Shown: in pieces, positions 1 to 10,107 of the stretch
Layout: every line of letters starts with the position of its first letter
Position numbering within the stretch: the first letter of the stretch is position 1
Source: Candidatus Latescibacterota bacterium
GTDB taxonomy: Bacteria > Latescibacterota > UBA2968 > UBA8231
Length of the DNA stretch: 64,000 nt
NCBI GenBank assembly: GCA_965248355.1
Contig: OZ252098.1
Span: 4,992,001-5,056,000 of the forward strand
Direction: 5' to 3'
Made by a program: the position numbers and the translations under genes
The notes under the pieces: generated by a model
Told to the model about the DNA's origin: nothing
Databases searched by the model: none
The model's input: only the letters and a program-made list of their open reading frames with translations

Positions 1-1165
1 GGCCACGCGGTTCCATCACCAGATGTACCGGAGCGGCAGGGAGCACGTGCCCCTCGGCCTGGCGCTGATGGAGGCCAAGCAGATCAACGTGGGAGACCTG
101 TGGCGCACCAACATACAGCGCTATTCCCTGTTCGGAGACGCGGCGCAGCGTCTCGCCCGGCCCACCTTGGCGGTGGCCCTCGACCTGCCCGACTCGATGG
201 AGGCGCTGATGGAACTGGAGCTGAGCGGTACCGTGATCGACGCCGGGGGGCGGGCGAGGACCGACCACGAAGGCGAGGCCCTCGTGCGGCTCTTCGATTC
301 CAGCGCCAAGAGCCTGATCGAGGGGACCCAGTACCAGCAGCTCGGAGCACCCCTGTTCCGGGGTCTCGTGCAGGTGGAAGGAGGGCGCTTCCAGACGCGG
401 CTGCGGATTCCAAAGGACATCACCTACCGGGCCTCCCGGGGCCGGGCCAGCGCCTACGTGACCAGCTCCAATGGAGCGCCGCCAGCTTTCGGGGCGCGGT
501 CGGGCCTGGTCCTGTCGGGGACCGCCGCCGACGTGGAACCGGACGACGACGGACCGACGATCGAGCTCGCCTTTGCGGGCAGCCCCCGGTTCCGCAGCGG
601 AGACCGGCTCTCCCGGCGGCCGCTGCTCACCGCCCGCCTCATGGATCCGAGCGGCATCAACATCACCGGAGAGACGGGCCACGAGATCGAGCTGTGGGTC
701 GACGACGGGGTGACGGCCGTCACCCGGTTCTACACCAGCCTCGGCGATCACCGGCAAGGACTGCTGAAGTACACCCTGGGCCAGCTGGAACCGGGCGAGC
801 ACACCATCCGTCTGAAGGCTTGGGACGCGTTCAACAACTCCTCCACCGCCGAGGCCACCTTCGCGGTGGCCGAGGGGAAGGACTCGGCCCTGGAGGAGGT
901 CCTGTTCCATCCGAACCCGACCCCTGATGGCGGCGGGTACTTCACCTACACCCTGGCCGCTCCGGCCGAGAGCGTCGAGATTCGGGTGTATGCCCTCTCG
1001 GGCCGCCAGGTGGCCAGCCTCGAAGGCGGGGCGAGCCTTGGATTCAACTTGGTGCGCTGGTCCCCCTCGGAGCTGGCCGGAGGGACTTATTTGTTCCGGA
1101 TCTCGGCCAGGCTCGAAGAGGGGTCTCCCCTGGAGGCCGACGGGCGCATCCAGGTGGCGCGCTGA
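1..1165 (+). CDS. porU: T9SS sortase PorU-like protein (peptidase C25 family), C-terminal part; 5' end lies outside the window
   Basis: Frame is open from the window edge. Contains the PorU-type C-terminal region DDDGPTIEL...DPSGINITGETGHEI...LKAWDAFNNSS and ends in a CTD (FHPNP...IRVYALSGRQV...GTYLFRI). Lies directly upstream of porV. Confidence 0.8.
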   Translation, partial: ATRFHHQMYRSGREHVPLGLALMEAKQINVGDLWRTNIQRYSLFGDAAQRLARPTLAVALDLPDSMEALMELELSGTVIDAGGRARTDHEGEALVRLFDSSAKSLIEGTQYQQLGAPLFRGLVQVEGGRFQTRLRIPKDITYRASRGRASAYVTSSNGAPPAFGARSGLVLSGTAADVEPDDDGPTIELAFAGSPRFRSGDRLSRRPLLTARLMDPSGINITGETGHEIELWVDDGVTAVTRFYTSLGDHRQGLLKYTLGQLEPGEHTIRLKAWDAFNNSSTAEATFAVAEGKDSALEEVLFHPNPTPDGGGYFTYTLAAPAESVEIRVYALSGRQVASLEGGASLGFNLVRWSPSELAGGTYLFRISARLEEGSPLEADGRIQVAR

Positions 1166-1253
1166 AAGAGGCGAACGCCGGAGGAGAGGTTATCTTCAAC
1201 TTGCTGAGGTGCCCGGGCGGATCCGATGGCACCGAACCGGAGGACTAGGGAAA

Positions 1254-2324
1254 GTGACCAATCGACGGATGATCGCGGTCTTGACGGCCCTGGCATGTGG
1301 CTGGGCTGGTTCCGCAGAATGGGCCTCGGCCACCCCCGAGAGCCGGGCGGCGGTGCTGTTCCTGCTGATCAAGCCGGGGGCCCGCGCCAGCGGCATGGGG
1401 GAGACCTACGTGGCCATCGCCGACGACGCCACGGCGACCTACTTCAACCCGGCGGCGCTCGCCGGGCAGACGCAGCGCAAGCTCAACTTCACGCACCAGA
1501 AGTGGCTGCCCGGTCTGGCCGACGACATGTCGTACGAGTTCCTCGCCTATTCGCAGCCCCTCGAGGGCTGGGGGAACGTCGGGCTCCACGCCACCCTGAT
1601 GAACCTGGGCGAGCAGATCCGCACCGGGGAGCGCGGCGAGGTGCTGGGCACCTTCGCTAGCTACGACCTGGCCTTCTCCGGGGCCTACGGCGCCGACATC
1701 GGCGAGGACCTGGCGGCCGGGATCGGGCTCAAGTTCATCCGCAGCCACCTGGCCGACTACGGCGCCGGGATCGAGCGCGGCAAGGGCACGGGCAGCACCT
1801 TCGCCGCCGACCTCGGTCTCCTGTGGCATGCAACGCCGGCGCTGACCTTCGGCGCGGCGCTGCGCAACCTCGGCCCCAAGATCGACTACATCGATCCCCG
1901 GCAGGCCGACCCCCTGCCCCAGCACCTCGTCCTCGGCGCCGCCTACGACCTGATGGAGGCGGAGTACCACACCCTGCTGCTGTCGGCCGACGTGTACAAG
2001 CCCCTCATCGACGACGGGCACTTCGCCAAGAGCCTGGTCACGGCCTGGGTGGACGAGTCCATGGGCAACGAGGTCAAGGAGATGGACCTGCACGCCGGCG
2101 GCGAGTACCGCTACGGCCTCTCGGCGGTCAAGGACGAGTCCTTCCTGGCCATGCGCGCCGGGTATTTCCTCGACCACGACGGCGAACTCAGGTCCCCCAC
2201 CTTCGGTCTCGGCCTCAAGTACACCAAGCTCCAGATCGACTGGGCATACATCATAGGGGAAGGCAGCGACAAAGGGACGCCTCTCCAGGACACTAACCGA
2301 TTCTCCCTGAACCTGTACTTCTGA
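1254..2324 (+). CDS. porV: PorV/PorQ family outer-membrane beta-barrel (T9SS shuttle)
   Basis: Signal peptide followed by FLLIKPGARASGMGETYVAIADDATATYFNPAAL; terminal beta-strand FSLNLYF. Start is GTG 1254 or ATG 1269; the 927 start in the ORF track is over-extended. Confidence 0.85.
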   Translation: MTNRRMIAVLTALACGWAGSAEWASATPESRAAVLFLLIKPGARASGMGETYVAIADDATATYFNPAALAGQTQRKLNFTHQKWLPGLADDMSYEFLAYSQPLEGWGNVGLHATLMNLGEQIRTGERGEVLGTFASYDLAFSGAYGADIGEDLAAGIGLKFIRSHLADYGAGIERGKGTGSTFAADLGLLWHATPALTFGAALRNLGPKIDYIDPRQADPLPQHLVLGAAYDLMEAEYHTLLLSADVYKPLIDDGHFAKSLVTAWVDESMGNEVKEMDLHAGGEYRYGLSAVKDESFLAMRAGYFLDHDGELRSPTFGLGLKYTKLQIDWAYIIGEGSDKGTPLQDTNRFSLNLYF

Positions 2325-2379
2325 ACCCGGGCCGAGTCCGGCGGCCACCCGAAAGGCGGCCCGGCGGCCTGGGCGGGGG

Positions 2380-5366
2380 GTGGGCTCGCTCGCCGTCCCG
2401 GCTCCTGTGCTGGGCCGTCCCGCTTCTCCTGGCCGGCCCCTCCGGCGCCGACGAAGACGTCGAGCACTGGCGCATTCTGGCCCTGCGCGTCGACTTTCCC
2501 ACCGAGGAGCCCGACGAGCCCACCACCTCCGGGCGCGGCGGCTTCGACCTTCGCAGTCTCGCCGAGGCCCTGCCGGACTACTGGCAGCCGTACGACACCC
2601 CGCCTCACGACCGGGCGCACTACGAGCGCCACCTCGAAGCCCTGGCGCGCTATTACGACGTGGTCTCCCATGGCCGGGTGCGGATCGAATCCAGGGTCTT
2701 CCCCCGGTCCCTCGACGACGCCTATACCCTCCCGAGGCCGGCCCTGTCCTACGGCAACGGCCGCACGCCCGAGGAGATCACCCGCCTCTGGCGGGAGCTG
2801 CTGGTGGACGCCGTCGACCTGGCCGCCTCCGCCCCCGACGCCCCCGACTTCGGCGCCTTCGACAGCTACCTGGTCATCCACGCCGGCCGCGGCCACGAGA
2901 CCGGGCAGCTGAACGACATCCGTTCCGTCTTCCTTCGCCCGGAGGACCTGGACGAGTACGGTGGACCGATCGAGGTGGACGGGGCCGAGATCCGCGAAGC
3001 CTGGATCCTGCCCGAGGCCGTCGACGACCGCGGGCGGGCGGGGCTCAACGGGCTGCTGGCCAAGTTCTTCGGCCATCAGCTCGGCCTTCCGGGCCTGTCG
3101 AACTTCGCGCGCGGCCTGCCCGCCGTCGGCGGCTGGAGCCTCATGGACGTGGGGGCCAACCGCAGCGGCTTCGTCCGCGTGGGCGACGAGATGCAGTTCG
3201 TTCTCGGCGTGGTGCCGCCCCACCCCATGGCCTGGAGCAAGGCCCGCCTCGGATGGATCGAGCCCCTCGAGGTCCGCCGCGACACGGTCGTGCAGCTCCT
3301 GGCCGCCGACCGCCCGGCCGGCGGCGGCGCGGTCCCGGCCGTGCGCGTGCCCCTCTCGCCGACGGAATACCTCCTCCTCGAGAACCGCCAGCAGCGGGGG
3401 CGCACGGAGCACGACCTGCCCCCGGGGGTCGAGGCGCCCACCTCCGGCGAGTTGGCCTGGATCGAGGCGGAGGAGGCGGAGCTGTCGCACCGGATCACCG
3501 CGGCCGAGTCCGATTCCCTCGCCGGCCGCGGAGCCGGGGTCTGGCTCCAGGCGGCGGAGTACGACGCCTTCGTCCCCGGATCGGGCCTGCTGATCTGGCA
3601 CGTGGACGAGGCCGTCATGGCGGCCTCTCCGCCGGAGGGGTTCAACAACGAGCGCGAACGCCCCGGACTGGCGCTGGTGGAGGCCGACGGCTCCCGCGAT
3701 ATCGGCAATCCCTACTTCGACCGGCAGGACGTGGTGGAGGGGACTCGCTCGGACCCGTTCTACGCCGGCTCCGGCCCCGGCGGCGTCACCGGTGTGAGCC
3801 GCTTCGGTCCGGACACGGTGCCAGCCACCGTGACCCAAACGGGCGTGGCCACCGGCCTGGAGGTCGAGGTGCTGTCCGGGCTCGACGACCACATGTCCGT
3901 CCGCCTCCGCTTCGGGCGCAGCGCCGAGGGCTGGCCGCGTCCTCTGGGCGGGGTGCGCCGGCTGCAGGCGGCGGACGTGGACGGCGACGGAAACCCCGAG
4001 ATATTGGCCGAGGGCGAGGACGGGCTCCGGGTGCTGCCGTCGTCGCCCGCAGAGGAGTCCGCCGTGGACCAGGTCCTGCTGGCGGCCTCCGACGGGCTGC
4101 TGTTCACCAGCTCGGCCGAAGGGCTGGTCTCGGCCCGGCCTCTCGGAGCCGATCCGGCGTGGGAGAGGCAGCTGGACGAGCGGCCAACGCAGGCCCTCTA
4201 CACGGCGGACCTCTCCGGCCGCGGTCCGGCCCTCGTGGTCGGCGGCAGCCAGGGGGTCTCCGTCCTCGTCGCGGCTACCGGCGAGCTGCGCTTCTCCCAC
4301 GGCGCTCCGGTCCATGGGATGGCCGCCGCGGACAGCGACGGCGACGGCGCCGACGAGCTGCTGATCCTCGGCGACGGGGAGCTTTTGCGCTACGACGGGG
4401 CCGAGGCCACCCTCGTGGCCGGTGATCTGACCGGCTCCTGGCTGTCCCCTTCGGCGGCCGATCTCGACGGAGATGGTCTCGCCGACCTGGTCCTCGCCGA
4501 CCGCGGCGGGCAGCTCCGCAGCCTGGGCCAGGGGCGCGGCGATCTTCGCGTCGCCACCGGGGCCCCGATCGTGGCGCCTCCCTCCTTCGCCGATCTCGAT
4601 GGCGATGGCCGGCTCGAGGTCCTGACCCCGACGGCCGAGGCGGTGCACGCGCACTCCGCGGCGGGCCTGCGGACCCCGGGCTTTCCGGCGACGCCGCCGG
4701 CGCACCAGGAATCCGGGCCTCTCCGCGGCGAGGTGGTCGCCGCCGACCTGAACGCCGCGGGCGCTCCCGAGATCTTCGTCTCCGCCGCCAACGGGGTCCA
4801 TGGATTCGATGGCGGCGGCCGGCCCCTGTCCGGTTTCCCCGTCTCCTCCCCCGGCGTGCCCACGACGGCGCCCGTCCTGGCCGACCTCGACGGGGACGGT
4901 GGCTCTCGACCTGGCCGTCGGCGACCGGGAAGGGGTGAACCTGTGGCGTCCGGTCTCCTGGGAACCGGCCTTCGCCGCGGGGGTCCAGACCGGGTGGTCA
5001 CAGCCCGGCGGCTCGGCCTCCGGCCGGCGCGCCCACCCCTTCGTTACGCCGGACCGGCCGCCGGAGGCCTTCGATCTGCTGCCTGCCTCCCAAGCCTATT
5101 GCTACCCGAACCCGGCCGGGGGCGACGAGCCCGCCCACCTGCGGTTCTTCGTGGGCCGGCCGGCCCACGTCTCCCTGACCGTCTACGACGCCATGGGCGT
5201 GGTCGTGGAGCGAATGGAGTCCGCCGAGGCGAGGGCCGCGGAAGCGAACGAGATCACGTGGTCGATCCGCGGCTACCCGAGCGGCCTCTACCTCTGCCGG
5301 CTCGAGGCCCGCGGCGAGGACGGCAGCCGCGGGGAGGCCACCGTGCGCATGGCGGTGAGCCGGTGA
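2380..5366 (+). CDS. M6 (immune inhibitor A)-like domain + FG-GAP repeats + T9SS CTD; one frameshift at ~4901, start uncertain
   Basis: Frame 2 reads signal peptide-RILALRVDFP...VIHAGRG...WSLMDVG...YLLLENRQ...GLLIWHVDE, then repeated DLDGDG motifs. After GAC GGT G(4901) the protein continues in frame 3 as ALDLAVGDREG...YCYPNP...SGLYLCRLEA to the stop at 5366. Confidence 0.75.
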
Positions 5367-8300
5367 GCGCCAGGGGCCTCCTCGCCTCGATTGCGGTGGG
5401 AGCCCTGGCCGGCGCGGTGCCGGCGCCGGCCCAGAACCACCCCGAGCTCACCTGGCGGACGTTGGAGACGGAGCACTTCCGCGTGCTCTACCACGACGGC
5501 CTCGAGCACACGGCGCGGCAGGCGGCCGAGGTGGCGGAGGCCGCCTACGGCCCGGTGACGCGGCTCTACGGGTACCGGCCGGGGGGCCCGGTGCGGGTGA
5601 TCCTGAAGGACTACGACGACTACGGCAACGGCGCCGCCTTCTTCTACCACGACGCCATCGAGGTCTGGATCACCCCTCTCGAGCACGACTTCGAGCTGCG
5701 CGGCACCTCCGACTGGCTGCGCAACGTGATCACCCACGAGCTCGTCCACATCGTCTCCCTCGGCGCGGCGCGCAAGGGACCGCAGAGAGTGCCGGCCGCG
5801 TTCCTCGAGTATTTCGCGTACAAGCCGGAGAGCGAACGGGACGACATTCTCACCGGGGCGCCGGATCGCCTGGCCCTGCTGCCCCTGGCCAACACGGTGC
5901 TGCCCATGTGGTTCGCCGAGGGCGTCGCCCAGCACCAGACCGCGCAGCTCCGGCACGACCGCTGGGACAGCCACCGCGACATGGTCCTGCGCACGGCGGT
6001 CCTCGATGGCTCCCTGCTCTCTCTCGACGACATGGGCGTCTTCGGCAAGGCCGGCTTCGGCAACGAGTTCGTCTACGACCACGGCTACGGGCTGGTGAGG
6101 TACCTGGCCGAGACCTACGGCGACTCGACCCTGGCCGAGGTCTGCGAGCACATGGCGCGCTGGACGGCCACCGGCATCGACGGAGCCCTGCGCGCCGCCA
6201 CCGGCCGTTCGGCGGACCAGGTGTGGCGGGACTGGCGCGACTCGATGCGGGCCCGTTACCAGGCGCAGGTGGCGGCCCTCGGCGAGCTGCGCGAGGGGGA
6301 GCGCCTCACCGAGGAGGGGCACTCGAACACCCGGGCCGTGTACGCGCCGGACGGCGGGCGGCTGGCCTTCCTCTCGACCCTGGGCCGCCGCTACGGCCCC
6401 CACTTCCTGGTGCTGCGCGACCTCGAAAGCGGGGAGGACGAGGTCGTGGCCGCCGGGGTGGCCTCGGTGCCGGCCTGGTTCCCCGACGGCGAGCGCCTGC
6501 TCTTCGTCCGCAAGGACAAGGCGGACCGCTACGGATCGCGGCGGGCGGACCTGTTCGAGCACGACCTCACCCGGCCCGGGCGGCCGTGGACGGCGCAGTT
6601 GCTGTGGACGATCCCCGCCGTCACCGGGGCGTACGCCCCGAAGGATCCTCGCACCTCCCGCAGAACCCGCGGCCTGCGCGCCCTGTACCCGGCGGTGTCG
6701 CCCGACGGGGAGAGCATCGCCTTCGTGCGCCTCGGCGCCTCCGGAGCGGCCCTGGGCCTGGCGAACCGGGACGGGAGCGGGATCCGCTACCTGCTCGACT
6801 TCGACGACGGCACCCAGCTCTACACGCCGCGCTGGTCGCCCGACGGCCGCTGGCTGGCCCTGTCCTACTCCCGCGGAGGGCAGCGGGACATCGGCCTGGT
6901 CGAGGTCGACCCGGGCGGCGACGGACCGGAGCCGCGCCGCCTGCAACCCCTGATCGCGTCAGCCGCCACCGACCGCGACCCCTCGTGGTCGCCCGACGGC
7001 GAGCTGCTCTTCGTCTCCGACGTGAGCGGGATCTCCAACGTCTATGCCCGCGACCCGGCCAGCGGCGCGGTGGAGCAGATCACGAACGTACGCGGCGGCG
7101 CCTTCTTCCCGACGGCGAACGGCGCCGGCCAGGTGGTCTACAGCGGCTACGGAACCGACGGCTTCCATCTCTACCGGATCGAGCGCTCGGCGGGCGAGCC
7201 GGTGGCGCCCGGGGTCTTCCAGCCCTCCGACGCCCTGTTGGCGGCCGCGCCGGGACCTCCTTCCTCCCCCGATCCGGAAGAGCCGGACCCCCCGGCCGCG
7301 TCCTCCGGAACGGAGATACTGCGCACGACCTTCATGCCGCGGCTCTCCCACGACGAGGGCCTTGCCAAGGTCGGTGCCTACGTCGGCGCGGGCGACGCCC
7401 TCGACCGGCAGTCGGTCTTCGCCAGCCTCTCCGTGGCTCCCGGCAACGGAGACCGCGACTTCTACGGGGAGTACCGGTTCCGCGGCTTCCGTCCGACCTT
7501 CCGGCTGCGCTTCATCCACCTGAAGCGCCACTCGACGCGCGGCGACAGCTCGGAGGCACGGGACTACTTCGTCACGTCCATGAACTTCAGCCTCAACCGC
7601 CTGGCCCTCGGCGCCCGGGGGCAGCTGAACCGCGCCAGCTCGCTCGATCTGTCCCTGGCCTACGACCGCTACGACGCCAGTCTGGAGAACGACCAGCTCT
7701 TCCCGCGCAGCGACGGCCGGCCCGGCTTCGAGCGTGTCCCGGGCAAGCCGCTCGGCTACACCTACCTGCACGGCTTCGACCTGGCCCTGACCTACCGCCA
7801 CGACTCCCTGCCCCGGCGCGTGGACCGCGACATCCACCCCCGGGGCGGACGGCGCATCTACTTCCGCTATGACCGCATGCACAACTGGTTCATGGAGGGC
7901 TTCGACGCGCAGAACGCATCCTACTATCAGGAGGTGTACCTGGGCCTGTTCTACAACCAGCTCACCCTCGACTGGCGGGAGTACATCGCCCTGCCGGGCG
8001 ACACCGCCCTGGGGCTGCGCGCCTACGGCGGCTGGATCTTCTCCGACAGCGTCGACCACAAGGACGTGGGCGACTTCTTCGACTTCCACCTCGGGGGCCT
8101 TCCCTACATGCGGGGCTATACCTACTACAGCGTCGAGGGGCGCAAGGCGGCCATGGCCAACGCCACCCTCCGCTTCCCGCTCCTGCCGCGCCTGCGCAAG
8201 CGGGTGGGACCCCTCTACCTCCACCGGGTCCACGGCGCCGTGTACGGCGACCTCGGCAAGGCCTGGGACGGCGACCTCGGCGACCCCGACCCCATGTACG

Positions 8301-8500
8301 GACGCAAGGGACCGCTGCGCGACGCCGGTCTTCAGTTGCGGGTCGACGGGGTCTCCTTCTACAGTCTGCCCACCCGCCTCGAAGTCGACCTGGCCCACGG
8401 AATCGACGAGGTCGCCGGGAAGGACCCCTGGAAACTCTACCTCACCCTGCTGTTCAACTACCTCAACTGGATCGATCCCGGGAGTGATCTGACGCGATGA
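5363..8500 (+). CDS. Secreted protein: gluzincin (HELVH) domain + TolB/PD40 propeller + Omp85/BamA-like C-terminal barrel
   Basis: GTG overlaps the upstream stop (GTGA) and begins its own signal peptide. Motifs ITHELVH...WFAEGVAQH, PD40 repeats (YAPDG, WFPDG, VSPDG, WSPDG) and Omp85-like FHLGGLPYMRGY. The 1946-aa ORF in the track is an artefactual fusion. Confidence 0.75.
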   Translation: MSARGLLASIAVGALAGAVPAPAQNHPELTWRTLETEHFRVLYHDGLEHTARQAAEVAEAAYGPVTRLYGYRPGGPVRVILKDYDDYGNGAAFFYHDAIEVWITPLEHDFELRGTSDWLRNVITHELVHIVSLGAARKGPQRVPAAFLEYFAYKPESERDDILTGAPDRLALLPLANTVLPMWFAEGVAQHQTAQLRHDRWDSHRDMVLRTAVLDGSLLSLDDMGVFGKAGFGNEFVYDHGYGLVRYLAETYGDSTLAEVCEHMARWTATGIDGALRAATGRSADQVWRDWRDSMRARYQAQVAALGELREGERLTEEGHSNTRAVYAPDGGRLAFLSTLGRRYGPHFLVLRDLESGEDEVVAAGVASVPAWFPDGERLLFVRKDKADRYGSRRADLFEHDLTRPGRPWTAQLLWTIPAVTGAYAPKDPRTSRRTRGLRALYPAVSPDGESIAFVRLGASGAALGLANRDGSGIRYLLDFDDGTQLYTPRWSPDGRWLALSYSRGGQRDIGLVEVDPGGDGPEPRRLQPLIASAATDRDPSWSPDGELLFVSDVSGISNVYARDPASGAVEQITNVRGGAFFPTANGAGQVVYSGYGTDGFHLYRIERSAGEPVAPGVFQPSDALLAAAPGPPSSPDPEEPDPPAASSGTEILRTTFMPRLSHDEGLAKVGAYVGAGDALDRQSVFASLSVAPGNGDRDFYGEYRFRGFRPTFRLRFIHLKRHSTRGDSSEARDYFVTSMNFSLNRLALGARGQLNRASSLDLSLAYDRYDASLENDQLFPRSDGRPGFERVPGKPLGYTYLHGFDLALTYRHDSLPRRVDRDIHPRGGRRIYFRYDRMHNWFMEGFDAQNASYYQEVYLGLFYNQLTLDWREYIALPGDTALGLRAYGGWIFSDSVDHKDVGDFFDFHLGGLPYMRGYTYYSVEGRKAAMANATLRFPLLPRLRKRVGPLYLHRVHGAVYGDLGKAWDGDLGDPDPMYGRKGPLRDAGLQLRVDGVSFYSLPTRLEVDLAHGIDEVAGKDPWKLYLTLLFNYLNWIDPGSDLTR

Positions 8501-9468
8501 CCACCCTACGCCTCCTCCTGCTGACCGCAACCCTCGCCGTCCCCGCCTGGGGAGATCCCCAGACCCCTCCATCATCGAGCCCGGTGCGGGTCCTTCCCTC
8601 CCTGCTGCCGGCCGTGCCCTTGCCCCATCGTCCGGATCCGTCGCTGCTGCGGGTGGCGGAGGCGTCCGGCCAGGAGGAGGGTGGGAGTTCCTCCGAAGCC
8701 GCCGCCGCGCGCCCCGGGGTGCGCTCGCCGAAGCGGGCCTTCCTGTTCTCGGCCCTGGTCCCGGGCGCCGGGGAGCTCTGGGCGGGATCGAAGATGAGGG
8801 CGGCCCTGTTCTTCGGCCTGGAGGTCCTCGGCTGGGGGACGTATGTCAGCTGGAACGCCAAAGGGGATGACCTGGAGGCCGGGTTCCGGGCGTTCGCAGA
8901 CACCACCTGGAACCCCTTGGACTACCTCGCCTGGCGCGACTCCCGTCAGGCCCGGCACACGTCGAGGACCCACACGCTGCCCTGCGACTCGCTCTTCGTG
9001 CAGGCGCGGTGGACGGAACCGGATCCGACCGATAAGGATGAAACCAGAAGGCGCAATCCGGCGGACGTCATACCCGAGGCGCTGAAGGGGTGCAGCACGA
9101 CCGAGACCCAGCAGTACTACGAGCTCATCGGCAAGTACGACCAGTTCATGGCCGGGTGGAAGGACGTCGTCGACAGCACCGGCTACCAGGTTCACTATTC
9201 CGAAATTGACTCGGCGGAGAACTTCTCCTCCAAGATCCGGAAGACGTACGAGGATCAACGCTACGAGAGCAACAAATACCTGAAGCGCGCCGGCAACGTG
9301 GCCGGCCTGCTGCTCGTCAACCACGTCCTCAGCGCCATCGACGCGGCGCGCGTGGCCCGGGCCCGCAACCTGGGCCAGGACGAGGCCGTCATCGACCGGC
9401 GCATCCGCTTCCTCGCCACCCTCGACGGGGACCGCACCGCCCGGTTGACGGCCTGGCGCCCCTTCTAA
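8497..9468 (+). CDS. Hypothetical envelope protein, DUF5683-like
   Basis: Signal peptide; KRAFLFSALVPGAGELWAG motif; QQYYELIGKYDQF; SAIDAA near the C-terminus; ATGA coupling to the upstream gene. Confidence 0.6.
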   Translation: MTTLRLLLLTATLAVPAWGDPQTPPSSSPVRVLPSLLPAVPLPHRPDPSLLRVAEASGQEEGGSSSEAAAARPGVRSPKRAFLFSALVPGAGELWAGSKMRAALFFGLEVLGWGTYVSWNAKGDDLEAGFRAFADTTWNPLDYLAWRDSRQARHTSRTHTLPCDSLFVQARWTEPDPTDKDETRRRNPADVIPEALKGCSTTETQQYYELIGKYDQFMAGWKDVVDSTGYQVHYSEIDSAENFSSKIRKTYEDQRYESNKYLKRAGNVAGLLLVNHVLSAIDAARVARARNLGQDEAVIDRRIRFLATLDGDRTARLTAWRPF

Positions 9469-9471
9469 CTG

Positions 9472-10104
9472 ATGGCGCTGCTCCGTCCGAGCCTCCTGGC
9501 GCTGGCCGCCCTCCTGCTGGCCGCGCCGGCCAGCGCCGATTCCGGAGCAGGCGGGTTCTGGCGCTCCCTGGTGCTGCCGGGCTGGGGGCAGCACGCCGCC
9601 GATGAGGGGCGCGCTGCGCGGCGGTTTCTGTCCATGGAGGCCATGCTGTGGCTCGGATACTGGGGGCTGCAGGGGGTGGCCGGCATCCGCGAGGAGAACT
9701 ACCGCACCTACGCCGCCGCCCACGCCGGGGCCCGGACCGGGGAAAAGGGGGAGGAGTACTTCGACGATCTCGGCTTCTACGCCAGCCACAATCAGCACAA
9801 CCGGTTCGCCAGGGTCGAGGACGGGGCGCAGGCCGAGCTCTACCCGGGCACCCCGGAATCCTCCTGGGAGTGGGATGCCGAAGCCTCCCGCCTGCGGTAT
9901 CGGCAGCTGCGCAACGGCGCCGAGGGCATGAAGCGGAACGCCCTTTACCTCACCGGTCTCGTGGTCGTGAACCACCTCGCGTCGGCGGTGCACGCGGCCC
10001 GGGCCATGCGCCTGCGGGCGGGCGAGCCGAGCGAGGCCGCCCTCTCCCTCGACTGGAGATTGAGCCCCCGCGGGGCCGTTATCGGCCTGCGCCGGAGATT
10101 CTGA
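9472..10104 (+). CDS. Hypothetical envelope protein, DUF5683-like paralogue
   Basis: Signal peptide; RSLVLPGWGQ; VVNHLASAVHAAR mirrors LVNHVLSAIDAAR of the preceding gene. Confidence 0.6.
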   Translation: MALLRPSLLALAALLLAAPASADSGAGGFWRSLVLPGWGQHAADEGRAARRFLSMEAMLWLGYWGLQGVAGIREENYRTYAAAHAGARTGEKGEEYFDDLGFYASHNQHNRFARVEDGAQAELYPGTPESSWEWDAEASRLRYRQLRNGAEGMKRNALYLTGLVVVNHLASAVHAARAMRLRAGEPSEAALSLDWRLSPRGAVIGLRRRF

Positions 10105-10107
10105 GCC

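Noticed and set aside
2335..2372. GAAA-looped hairpin after porV as a terminator or ncRNA
   Set aside because: Short imperfect stem with no U-tract; expected by chance at this GC content.
2660..8500. 1946-aa single ORF
   Set aside because: Produced by the frameshift at ~4901. A CTD ends at 5366 and a new signal peptide starts at 5363.
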